Origin: Planctomycetota bacterium
GTDB taxonomy: Bacteria > Planctomycetota > Phycisphaerae > Phycisphaerales > UBA5793
Direction: 5' to 3'
NCBI GenBank assembly: GCA_963205185.1
Contig: CAUJHZ010000018.1
Span: 123,408 to 187,407, forward strand
Length of the DNA: 64,000 bases
Shown here: positions 27,471 through 35,608 of the stretch, one piece after another
Numbering within the stretch: position 1 is the first letter of the stretch
Layout of the letters: every line of letters starts with the position of its first letter
Translations under genes and position numbers: made by a program
The notes under the pieces: generated by a model
The model's database searches: none
What the model saw: only the letters and a program-made list of their open reading frames with translations
What the model was told of the DNA's origin: nothing

Positions 27471-28382
27471 TCAGTTGGACGATCCATCCCCTGGCGATGC
27501 GCCCGCGTCTGACGTGACGGCGCCGCGGGCGAACGCGACCAGTTCAGACATCGATGTGCCGACGAAGGCGCGCAGTCGAAGCGCCGTGCGGAATTGCCGC
27601 GCGCAGCGACCGCCGATGACGAACCTTACGCCGCGCTTGGCGAGCTGGGTGTCGAGCGCTTCCAGAGCGCCTGCGAATTCGTTCGGATTGGAAGGCGGCA
27701 TCGAGATGCTCAGCCACGCGATCCGCGATCGGTACTCCGTCACGCCCGACTCGATGGCTGCGAGCGGCGTGTCGGGCCCGAGGTTGACCGCCTTGAAATG
27801 TTCTGACTCCAGTACGATGGCTGCCGCAAGGGAAGGGATGACGTAGATGTCGCCGGATGGCGCCGCGCCCACGGCCGCGGGAGCATCGGCCTTCGGCTCA
27901 GGCAGGATTGATCGAACCTGGTTCAACGCGTGGATGCAGATGTCCGTGGCGCGATGCTCGATGTACACGCCTCGTTCCGAGTGGCGCCACAGTTCACCCA
28001 GTTGATGCATGGCCGGGGCGATCCACCGGTCGCAGATCTCAGCAACCGATGAACCCTGGAGGTAGACGGAGAGGATCAGTCCGCGGGCCAGGGCGGACTC
28101 CCCGCGGCTGAGCAGGTCGAACAGCCGCTCGGAATCCGGAAGGGTCGGCCCGCCGGCGCCAATGACCTCACCAGAGATTTCCGGCAAGCCCAAGGCGACC
28201 GCATCAGCCACATGGAGATGCTGGTCGCGAATGAAGCGAATCGCCTCGGCGCGGGCAATGCGCCGGTGTCCGCCCGCCGTTCGGGCCACGGCCAGCAGAC
28301 CGTCATCGGCCCACCGTTTGATGGATGATTCGCTGACGCCGACGGCGTGGGCGAGGTCGCGCGGGGACAAACTCGAACTCAT
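27471..28382 (-). CDS. HTH (MerR/excisionase-type) regulator with B12-binding-like C-terminal domain (CarH/LitR-like architecture)
   Basis: ATG 28382 (MSSSLSPRDLAHAVGVSESSIKRWADDGLL...). C-terminal Rossmann-like block SGDIYVIPSLAAAIVLESEHFKAVNLGPDTP...WLSISM...GGR. The ORF-track extension to 28724 covers the AT-rich control region. Confidence 0.8.
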   Translation of the reverse strand: MSSSLSPRDLAHAVGVSESSIKRWADDGLLAVARTAGGHRRIARAEAIRFIRDQHLHVADAVALGLPEISGEVIGAGGPTLPDSERLFDLLSRGESALARGLILSVYLQGSSVAEICDRWIAPAMHQLGELWRHSERGVYIEHRATDICIHALNQVRSILPEPKADAPAAVGAAPSGDIYVIPSLAAAIVLESEHFKAVNLGPDTPLAAIESGVTEYRSRIAWLSISMPPSNPNEFAGALEALDTQLAKRGVRFVIGGRCARQFRTALRLRAFVGTSMSELVAFARGAVTSDAGASPGDGSSN

Positions 28383-28570
28383 TGATGACTCCGGTGGTCG
28401 ATTTGAATGATTATACCACGGCGAAGAGGGGTATTCCAAAGCCCTGTCCCCAGGCTGATCGGCTGATTCGAGCCGCAACCACTTGAAAACATGGCGATTA
28501 CGCTGGCCAAAGCCCGGGGTCCTCAGTGCGTGCGAGCATCCCGGTGCCGATAATTCGGCGCCGGATTCAG

Positions 28571-28598
28571 TTGACATGTACGAATTGAGCGATATTCT
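28571..28598 (+). promoter_or_regulatory. Candidate promoter of the fasciclin gene
   Basis: Consensus TTGACA (28571-28576), 16-nt spacer, TATTCT (28593-28598), in the most AT-rich patch of the window. Confidence 0.45.
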
Positions 28599-28599
28599 T

Positions 28600-28635
28600 T
28601 GAACGATATGAACGAATTGAACGTATATTCGTTCA
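28600..28635. promoter_or_regulatory. Operator-like array of four contiguous 9-bp units
   Basis: TGAACGATA (28600-28608), TGAACGAAT (28609-28617), TGAACGTAT (28618-28626), then the inverted copy ATTCGTTCA (28627-28635). Units 2 and 4 form a perfect 10-bp inverted repeat ATGAACGAAT/ATTCGTTCAT. A degenerate copy, GTACGAATTGAGCGATATTC, lies inside the promoter spacer. Confidence 0.5.
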
Positions 28636-28696
28636 TTCCCCGGCGTTGTGTTTGGGGATTCCAGTTCATCTCCGCACCATTCAGAAGGATTGACCA

Positions 28697-29674
28697 ATGG
28701 CTCAGAATCTGTTCCGCTCCACACTCGCAGGCGGCCTTCTCGCCGGCCTGGCTCTTTCTGCGTTCGGTTTCACCAGTGCCCCGATGGCCGCGGGATCTTT
28801 CCGCTCGATTGCCCCCGCAACGATTTCTTCGCCGCCTTCCACGGCTTCCGCGAAAGACATCGTCGACACCGCGGTGGGCGCCGGCCAGTTCAACACTCTC
28901 GTCGCGGCGCTGAAGGCAGCCGACCTTGTTGATGCCCTGCGAGGCGATGGTCCGTTCACCGTGTTTGCGCCCACCGATGATGCATTCGCCAAACTCCCCA
29001 AGGGAACCCTCGAGAGTCTTCTCAAGCCGGAGAATGCAGGTCAGCTCAAGGGGATCCTTCTTTACCACGTCGTGCCCGGGCGATACGTCGCGCGTGACGT
29101 GATGCGCTCGACCACTGCCAGGACGCTGAATGGCCAGCGGCTGGCGTTTGAAGTGAGCGCGGGATCCGTCAAGGTGGATGGCGCAACTGTCGTTGCAGCG
29201 AACATTGAGTGCGCCAATGGCGTGATTCACGTCATTGACACGGTCGTTCTACCGCAAAGCGCAACGATCGTCGAGGTGGCGCAGAAGGCGGGCACGTTCA
29301 ACACGCTGTTGGCGGCGGCCAAGGCGGCGGGGCTGGTCGAAACGCTCAGCGGCAAGGGGCCGTTCACGATTCTGGCGCCGACGGACGCGGCGTTCGCCAA
29401 GCTGCCCACGGGCACCGTGGAGAGCCTGCTCCAGCCGGAGAACCGCGATCAACTCGCTGAAATCCTGAAGTACCACGTCATCTCAGGGCGCGTGTCGGCG
29501 CGCGATGCAATCACGGCCAACATGGCCAAGACGTTGCAGGGTCAGCAGGTGATCTTTGATCTGCGCGATGGTCAATTGCTGGTGGATGGCGTACGGGTCA
29601 TCGCGACGGACATCGATGCGAGCAACGGCGTGGTGCATGTCATCGACTCGGTTCTGCTTCCCGCGGAGATGTGA
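28697..29674 (+). CDS. Secreted fasciclin (2 x FAS1) domain protein
   Basis: Signal peptide present. Two FAS1 repeats ([28 protein letters not shown]...[17 protein letters not shown] and [27 protein letters not shown]...[17 protein letters not shown]). Confidence 0.9.
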   Translation: MAQNLFRSTLAGGLLAGLALSAFGFTSAPMAAGSFRSIAPATISSPPSTASAKDIVDTAVGAGQFNTLVAALKAADLVDALRGDGPFTVFAPTDDAFAKLPKGTLESLLKPENAGQLKGILLYHVVPGRYVARDVMRSTTARTLNGQRLAFEVSAGSVKVDGATVVAANIECANGVIHVIDTVVLPQSATIVEVAQKAGTFNTLLAAAKAAGLVETLSGKGPFTILAPTDAAFAKLPTGTVESLLQPENRDQLAEILKYHVISGRVSARDAITANMAKTLQGQQVIFDLRDGQLLVDGVRVIATDIDASNGVVHVIDSVLLPAEM

Positions 29675-29773
29675 TTGGTTTGGCCTACGGGGAGGGGGAG
29701 CCCGTCCCACTGGAGATCGTCTCCTCCCACGGCGCGGCTCTCCCTCCCATCTTCAAAGTCAGGGACACTTCAA

Positions 29774-31063
29774 ATGCACACTCGATTTCGAACACTCCGG
29801 CGGCTGGCGGCGATGGCGCTCGCCGCAGTCGGAAGCGGCGGCGCCGTACTGGCGCAGGGTTCGCCCGCCGACTCATTGACAACCAAGAGCGGCTGGAACC
29901 AGTGGCGGGGTCCGAATCGGGATGGGGTTCTTGACGGTCCAGCCTGGCCCGAGCATCTCAATGCCGACACACTGACTCTGATGTGGCGCGTCGAGAATCT
30001 CGGTCCGTCCTATGCCGGGCCGGTCGTCAGTGGCGCGGCGGTGTTTACGGCGGAGACCAGCGAGTCGCGAGTGGAGATCGTACGTGCGTTCGACCGGGCG
30101 ACCGGCGCTCCACTGTGGCAATCGCAGTGGGAGGGCGCCATGACGGTGCCGTTCTTTGCAGCCAAGAACGGCTCGTGGGTGCGTTCGACCCCGACGTGCG
30201 ATGGACCGCGCCTCTACGTCGCGGGCATGCGTGATGTACTGGTGTGCCTCGATGCCGCGTCGGGTGATGTGATATGGAACGTCGACTTCGTCGAGCGGTT
30301 CGGCTCTCCCCTGCCCGCATTCGGTTTTGTGAGTTCGCCCCTCGTGACGGCGGACCATGTGTACGTGCAGGCGGGCGCCGGCTTTGTCAAACTCGACAAA
30401 CGAAGTGGAGACACCGTGTGGCGCGTGCTCGTTGACGACGGGGGCATGAACGGAAGTGCGTTCTCCTCACCCACGCTCGCAACGCTTGCCGGTCGGCAGC
30501 AACTGCTCGTGCAGACTCGCACCGAACTGTGCGGCGTGTCACCGGACAGCGGGGACGTGCTGTGGCGCCGGCCGATCAAGACGTTTCGTGGAATGAATAT
30601 TCTCACGCCGGTGCTCTTCGACCAGCGCATCTTCACATCGTCCTACGGTGGACGCTCGGTGCTGCTCGATCTTGCGGCCGACGAGAGCGGCAAGCTGGCG
30701 GCGAGGCAGGTGTGGGATTCTGCGGTGCAGGGGTACATGACCTCGCCAATCGTGATCGAGAGTTGCGCCTATCTCTTTACGCGCAGCAATCGTTTCACCT
30801 GCATTGATTTGACGACCGGGGAGGTGAAGTGGACCTCCGGACCAACCGGAGACGAGTACTGGTCGCTTGTTGCACAGGGCAAGCGAATACTCGCGCTGGC
30901 CAACACGGGAATGCTGCGGCTGATTGAGGCAGACCCCGAGGCGTACCGCGTGGTTGACGAGTTTGAAATCCCCGATGCGCCGAGCTGGGCGCATCTCGCC
31001 GTCGATGGGGATGAGGTGATCATTCGCGGGCTTCGCTCGCTGGCGAGTTTTCGCTGGCGCTAG
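29774..31063 (+). CDS. Secreted PQQ-like / BamB-like beta-propeller repeat protein
   Basis: ATG 29774 gives signal peptide MHTRFRTLRRLAAMALAAVGSGGAVLAQ. WNQWRGPNRDGV motif and repeated propeller blades. Confidence 0.85.
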   Translation: MHTRFRTLRRLAAMALAAVGSGGAVLAQGSPADSLTTKSGWNQWRGPNRDGVLDGPAWPEHLNADTLTLMWRVENLGPSYAGPVVSGAAVFTAETSESRVEIVRAFDRATGAPLWQSQWEGAMTVPFFAAKNGSWVRSTPTCDGPRLYVAGMRDVLVCLDAASGDVIWNVDFVERFGSPLPAFGFVSSPLVTADHVYVQAGAGFVKLDKRSGDTVWRVLVDDGGMNGSAFSSPTLATLAGRQQLLVQTRTELCGVSPDSGDVLWRRPIKTFRGMNILTPVLFDQRIFTSSYGGRSVLLDLAADESGKLAARQVWDSAVQGYMTSPIVIESCAYLFTRSNRFTCIDLTTGEVKWTSGPTGDEYWSLVAQGKRILALANTGMLRLIEADPEAYRVVDEFEIPDAPSWAHLAVDGDEVIIRGLRSLASFRWR

Positions 31064-31147
31064 CAACGGTCGGTTTCGCGGGGGGGAGACCCGACGCTGC
31101 GGTGCTGCTGGATTCGTTCGCGGCAGTCGCGGGTCGGGCCATCGCGG

Positions 31148-31181
31148 GGCGCGTGGCGGGAAATCGCCACGCGCCCTTTCT
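31148..31181 (+). terminator. Candidate terminator after the beta-propeller gene
   Basis: Perfect 11-bp stem GGCGCGTGGCG (31148-31158) / CGCCACGCGCC (31165-31175), loop GGAAAT, then CTTTCT (weak U tract). Confidence 0.5.
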
Positions 31182-31220
31182 GATGCAGATCGAGACCGCC
31201 TGCTCTATCATCGGGGCGCA

Positions 31221-31880
31221 ATGCAGCCGAGTGAGCGCGAACCGCGACGTCGTCGCAGCACCCGATCGAGCAGCGGCAAAGGGCTGCGGCTGTTTGTCGC
31301 GATTTACCCGCCGCCGGACGTGGCCGAGCAGATGCTTCGTGTCGCCCGCGACCACCTCGACGACCACGCGGCGGCGTATGAGGGAGCAGGCGCGCAGTTC
31401 GTTCCAGTCGAGCAGGTGCATCTCACGGTCCACTTTCTGGGCAACGTGGCGCCGCGAGCGCTGAATGACACGATCGAGAGCCTCGATCGGGCTAAGAAGG
31501 GCCTGGGCGGGTTTCGATTGACGCCGCGCCAGATCATCGCGCTGCCGCGCACGACCCAGCGCGGCCGGCCGCGGCTGATCGCGATGGAAACAGACGGTCC
31601 GGCGGACCTGCTCGAACTGCAGCGGCGCCTGGCCCAGCGCTTTGCTCGCCCGGCGCGACACGAGCCGGGCGACAAGTTCTGGCCTCATCTGACGCTGGCG
31701 CGGTTCAAGTGGAGCGGCGGCGGGGAACCGCTCAAACGGCCGGCCTGGCGCGGCGCCAGCGAGCGGGCGGCCATCCCCGGCGCGTTTGAGGTGCGCGAAT
31801 TCCACCTCGTCAAGAGCGTGCTGCGCCTGCAGGGCGCGGCGCATCAGAGCGTCGCGAAGTGGCCCCTGGTGATGTCCTGA
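31221..31880 (+). CDS. thpR: RNA 2',3'-cyclic phosphodiesterase (2H phosphoesterase, ThpR/LigT-like)
   Basis: Two H-x-T/S-x motifs in the correct context (VHLTVHFLG and PHLTLARF). LRLFVAI N-terminal strand. Confidence 0.8.
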   Translation: MQPSEREPRRRRSTRSSSGKGLRLFVAIYPPPDVAEQMLRVARDHLDDHAAAYEGAGAQFVPVEQVHLTVHFLGNVAPRALNDTIESLDRAKKGLGGFRLTPRQIIALPRTTQRGRPRLIAMETDGPADLLELQRRLAQRFARPARHEPGDKFWPHLTLARFKWSGGGEPLKRPAWRGASERAAIPGAFEVREFHLVKSVLRLQGAAHQSVAKWPLVMS

Positions 31881-31935
31881 TTGTGCGCGCGGCGGCGGCG
31901 TCGCTACCATTGCCGCTGCACGCACTTCCAACCGC

Positions 31936-33645
31936 ATGGGTGAATCAATGGCGTCCTCAAAAGCCGAATCGGAAAAGATCATCTACTCGATGATCGGCGT
32001 CAGCAAGAGTTACGAGCGCAAGCAGGTGCTCAAGGACATCTACCTGTCGTATTTCTACGGCGCGAAGATCGGCGTCCTCGGCCTGAATGGCTCGGGAAAG
32101 AGTTCACTGCTGCGCATCCTCGCGGGAGTGGACACCAACTTCGAGGGCCAGGTTGCTGCGGCGCCGGGATACACGATCGGCTATCTCGAACAGGAGCCGC
32201 TGGTCGATGAGACGCGCACGGTCATTGACGTCGTGCGGCAGGGCGCGCAAGAGAGCCTCGACCTGCTCGCAGAATTCGAGCGGATCAGTGACCGCTTCGC
32301 CGAAGATCTCGATGCCGACGAGATGGACCGGCTCCTCGCGCGGCAGGGAGAAGTCCAGGAGCGCATCGACCATCTCAACGCGTGGGACGTCGACAAGCAA
32401 CTCGAAATGGCGATGGATGCGCTGCGCTGCCCGCCGCCCGAAGCGCCTGTGAACGTGCTCTCCGGCGGTGAGAAGCGGCGCGTCGCGCTCGTGCGGCTGC
32501 TGCTGCGCAAGCCCGACATTCTCCTGCTCGACGAGCCGACGAACCATCTCGACGCCGAGAGCGTCGGCTGGCTCGAACAGCACCTGCAGCGCTACGAAGG
32601 CACGGTCATCGCCGTCACGCACGACCGCTACTTTCTCGATAACGTGGCGGGGTGGATACTCGAACTCGATCGCGGCGAGGGCATTCCGTGGAAGGGCAAC
32701 TACTCCTCCTGGCTCGAGCAGAAGCAGGCGCGGCTGGCCGTCGAGGAAAAGCAGGAGAGCAATCGCCAGAAGGCGCTCAAGCGCGAACTCGAATGGGTGC
32801 GCAAGAGTCCGCAGGGCCGCCAGGCGCGAAGCAAGGCTCGCGTCAGCCGCTACGAATCGATGCTCAGCGAAGATGTGAAGGAACGCGCCAGCCAGATCGA
32901 GATCTTCATTCCGCCCGGCCCGCGGCTGGGCAACCTCGTCATCGAGGCCGACCACCTGACCAAGGCCTACGGCGACCGGCTGCTCATCGACAACCTGTCA
33001 TTCTCCCTGCCGCCGGGCGGCATCGTGGGCATCATCGGCCCCAACGGCGCGGGCAAGACGACGCTCTTTCGCATGATCACCGGCAGTGAGAAGCCCGACA
33101 GCGGCTCCATCCGCATCGGGCCGAGCGTCAAACTCGCCTACGTCGAGCAGAGCCGCGATTCACTTCCGGCCGGCAAGAACGTCTGGGAGGCAATCAGTGA
33201 TGGTGACGACGAACTCAAACTAGGCTCGCTCACCGTCAACAGCCGCGCCTACGTCGCGCGCTTCGGCTTCACCGGACAGGATCAGCAGAAGCGCGTGGAG
33301 AACCTCTCGGGCGGCGAGCGGAATCGAGTGCACCTCGCGAGGATGCTCAAGAGCGGCGCCAACGTGATCCTGCTCGACGAACCGACCAACGATCTTGACG
33401 TGAACACGCTACGTGCGCTCGAAGAAGCGCTCGAGTCGTTCGCCGGCTGCGCGGTGGTCATCAGCCACGACCGGTGGTTTCTCGATCGCATCGCCACGCA
33501 CATCCTCGCGTTCGAAGGCGACAGCGAAGTGCGCTGGTTCGACGGGAACTACACGGCGTACGAGGCGGACTACCACCGCCGCATGGGCGCCGACGCCGAC
33601 CAGCCGCACCGGATCAAGTACCGGCGGCTGACGCGGGCGACGTAA
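31936..33645 (+). CDS. ettA: Energy-dependent translational throttle ABC-F ATPase
   Basis: Full-length EttA-like protein with two ABC cassettes (GVLGLNGSGKSSLL, LSGGEKRRVAL, GIIGPNGAGKTTLF, LSGGERNRVHL). N-terminus IYSMIGVSKSY..KQVLKDIYLSYFYGAKIGVLG. Alternative ATG at 31948. Confidence 0.95.
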   Translation: MGESMASSKAESEKIIYSMIGVSKSYERKQVLKDIYLSYFYGAKIGVLGLNGSGKSSLLRILAGVDTNFEGQVAAAPGYTIGYLEQEPLVDETRTVIDVVRQGAQESLDLLAEFERISDRFAEDLDADEMDRLLARQGEVQERIDHLNAWDVDKQLEMAMDALRCPPPEAPVNVLSGGEKRRVALVRLLLRKPDILLLDEPTNHLDAESVGWLEQHLQRYEGTVIAVTHDRYFLDNVAGWILELDRGEGIPWKGNYSSWLEQKQARLAVEEKQESNRQKALKRELEWVRKSPQGRQARSKARVSRYESMLSEDVKERASQIEIFIPPGPRLGNLVIEADHLTKAYGDRLLIDNLSFSLPPGGIVGIIGPNGAGKTTLFRMITGSEKPDSGSIRIGPSVKLAYVEQSRDSLPAGKNVWEAISDGDDELKLGSLTVNSRAYVARFGFTGQDQQKRVENLSGGERNRVHLARMLKSGANVILLDEPTNDLDVNTLRALEEALESFAGCAVVISHDRWFLDRIATHILAFEGDSEVRWFDGNYTAYEADYHRRMGADADQPHRIKYRRLTRAT

Positions 33646-33713
33646 TCGGACCAGAGTAGAGCCGGGCGGGAGAGCGAGAGGCCGCTTTCCGCCCCCGCGA
33701 CCCGCCAGATTTC

Positions 33714-33742
33714 TTGTCGCTCTGTTGATTATCGTTTAGAAT
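33714..33742 (+). promoter_or_regulatory. Candidate promoter of peptidase 4
   Basis: TTGTCG (33714-33719), 17-nt spacer, TAGAAT (33737-33742), in a local AT-rich patch. Confidence 0.35.
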
Positions 33743-33805
33743 TGTGGATAGTGTCATCCGCGTTCCAGGGCGCCACCGCGGCGCCCCATCGGGAGGGAGA
33801 TCCGA

Positions 33806-35563
33806 ATGCGCCTGTGCCATTGCCTGCTCGTCACCGTTGTTGCATGCTGTCCGTTCACACTGACCGCTCGCGCCCAGGCGCCTGCTTCGCCCGCCGCCGT
33901 CGAGGCTCGGACTTCCGTGCAGTGGGTGTTCTTCAGGGACAAGGGGCTCGAATCGCCGGCTGAATTGCGCGCAGCACTGGCCGAGGTTGCGGCGGCCGCC
34001 GACCCGCACACCATTGCGCGGCGCCAGGCCCGGCGGACGCTGCCAGGGCTGTTCGACGAGCATGATGTGCCGGTCGCAGACTCGTATGTGCAGGCGGTGA
34101 AGGCGACGGGCGCGCGCGTGCGCATCACCTCGAAGTGGGTCAATGCAGTAAGCGTCGAAGCGACGGCTGAGCAATTGGCGGCGATCCGGCAACTGCCTTG
34201 CGTCAAGGCTACGCAACCGGTGGCGCGATCGCGGCGCCCCGAACCGCTGCCCGAGATCAACCCGTTGGGCGCGGCCGGGGAGGGCCAGCACACCGCAGGG
34301 TTCTACGGACGCTCGGAAGAGCAGCTCACGCAGATCAACCTCATTCAACTCCACGAAGCCGGATACACCGGCCAGGGCATTCGCATCGGCGTTCTCGACA
34401 CCGGCTTTCTCCGCACGCACGACGCGTTCAACGAGCCGAGTCATCCGCTGCAGGTCATTGCCGAGTACGACTTCGTGAACGATGATCCCAACACAGCGCC
34501 CGAGGGCGGCGATCATCCGGACCAGCACACGCACGGCACGATCATCCTCGGCACACTTGGCGGCTATCTGCCGGGCGAGTACGTCGGCGCCGCGTACAAC
34601 GCATCATTCATCCTCTGCAAGACCGAAGACATCACCAGCGAGACGCCGGTCGAAGAGGATTACTACGTCGCGGGCCTGGAGTTCATCGAGGCCAACGGCG
34701 GCGACATGGCGACTGCTTCGCTCATCTACATCGATTGGTACACGCAGGAAGACCTCGACGGGCAGACGGCGGTGTGCACGATCGGCGTGAATATGGCCAC
34801 AGCCAACGGTGTGCACTGCTGCAACGCCGCGGGCAACTCGGGCCACGATCAGAATCCGGGCACCTCGCACCTCGGCGCGCCGGCGGATGCGTTCCAGGTC
34901 ATCACCTGCGGCGCCGTCGAGCCGACGGGCGAGATCGCGGGTTTTTCATCCGACGGCCCGACCGCCGACGGGCGCAACAAGCCGGAAGTGCTGGCGCGCG
35001 GCACGCAGGTCATCAGCGTGTCGCCTGACAGCAACACGCGTTACTCCGAGTCGGCGGGCACCTCGCTTTCGACGCCGCAGATCGCCGGCGTGGTCGCGTG
35101 CCTGACCAGCGCGAGGCCGGACTGGACGGTAGACCAGCTGCGCGAAGCGCTGTTTGCATCGGGCGACTACTTCATGGGCAATGGCACGTTCGATCCGCTG
35201 TACATCCACGGCTTTGGGATTATCGACGCGTATCGTGCGCTGAACCTGCTGCAGGCGGGCGCTCCTGTACCAGGCGCGGCGGGAGCAAACAACACGCTGA
35301 GCGCGACCGCCGCCGACCCCGGCGCGCGGATTTACTTCGTGTACTCGTTCAGCGCCGGCTCAGCGAATGTGCCGAACTGCCCGGGCGTGCAACTCGAACT
35401 GAGCCAGCCGATCATCGCCGGCTCGGCGATCGCCGATGGCAATGGGCTTGCGGAGATGAGCCGGTTCGTCCCGGCCGCTGCGTCGGGTCGCACGATTCAT
35501 CTGCAGGCCGTGCAGCCCAGCGCCTGCCGCACGTCGAACCACGTGGTGTATCAGTTCCCGTGA
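33806..35563 (+). CDS. Secreted S8 subtilisin-like serine peptidase 4 with N-terminal propeptide-like region and C-terminal module
   Basis: Signal peptide ...FTLTARAQA. Catalytic motifs GVLDTGF, HTHGTIILG, SAGTSLSTPQIAG. Confidence 0.9.
   Translation: MRLCHCLLVTVVACCPFTLTARAQAPASPAAVEARTSVQWVFFRDKGLESPAELRAALAEVAAAADPHTIARRQARRTLPGLFDEHDVPVADSYVQAVKATGARVRITSKWVNAVSVEATAEQLAAIRQLPCVKATQPVARSRRPEPLPEINPLGAAGEGQHTAGFYGRSEEQLTQINLIQLHEAGYTGQGIRIGVLDTGFLRTHDAFNEPSHPLQVIAEYDFVNDDPNTAPEGGDHPDQHTHGTIILGTLGGYLPGEYVGAAYNASFILCKTEDITSETPVEEDYYVAGLEFIEANGGDMATASLIYIDWYTQEDLDGQTAVCTIGVNMATANGVHCCNAAGNSGHDQNPGTSHLGAPADAFQVITCGAVEPTGEIAGFSSDGPTADGRNKPEVLARGTQVISVSPDSNTRYSESAGTSLSTPQIAGVVACLTSARPDWTVDQLREALFASGDYFMGNGTFDPLYIHGFGIIDAYRALNLLQAGAPVPGAAGANNTLSATAADPGARIYFVYSFSAGSANVPNCPGVQLELSQPIIAGSAIADGNGLAEMSRFVPAAASGRTIHLQAVQPSACRTSNHVVYQFP
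35246..35560 (+). other. Recurrent C-terminal domain copy 7 (2-Cys intermediate)
   Basis: Last 105 aa, ...ARIYFVYSFSAG...PNCPGVQLEL...ADGNGLA...IHLQAVQPSACRTSNHVVYQFP. Confidence 0.6.
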
Positions 35564-35608
35564 GGCGGGGCGGCTGAGCGTCTGTTACTGCTTTCGCCGC
35601 TGCTGCCG

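Noticed and set aside
28383-28724. N-terminal extension of the HTH/B12-like regulator ORF
   Set aside because: The extension runs through the AT-rich promoter/operator region and into the fasciclin gene start. The HTH begins right after the ATG at 28382.
31020-31982. 320-aa minus-strand ORF
   Set aside because: Antisense to thpR (two HxT motifs) and overlaps the ettA start. Arg/Ala/Pro-rich shadow ORF.
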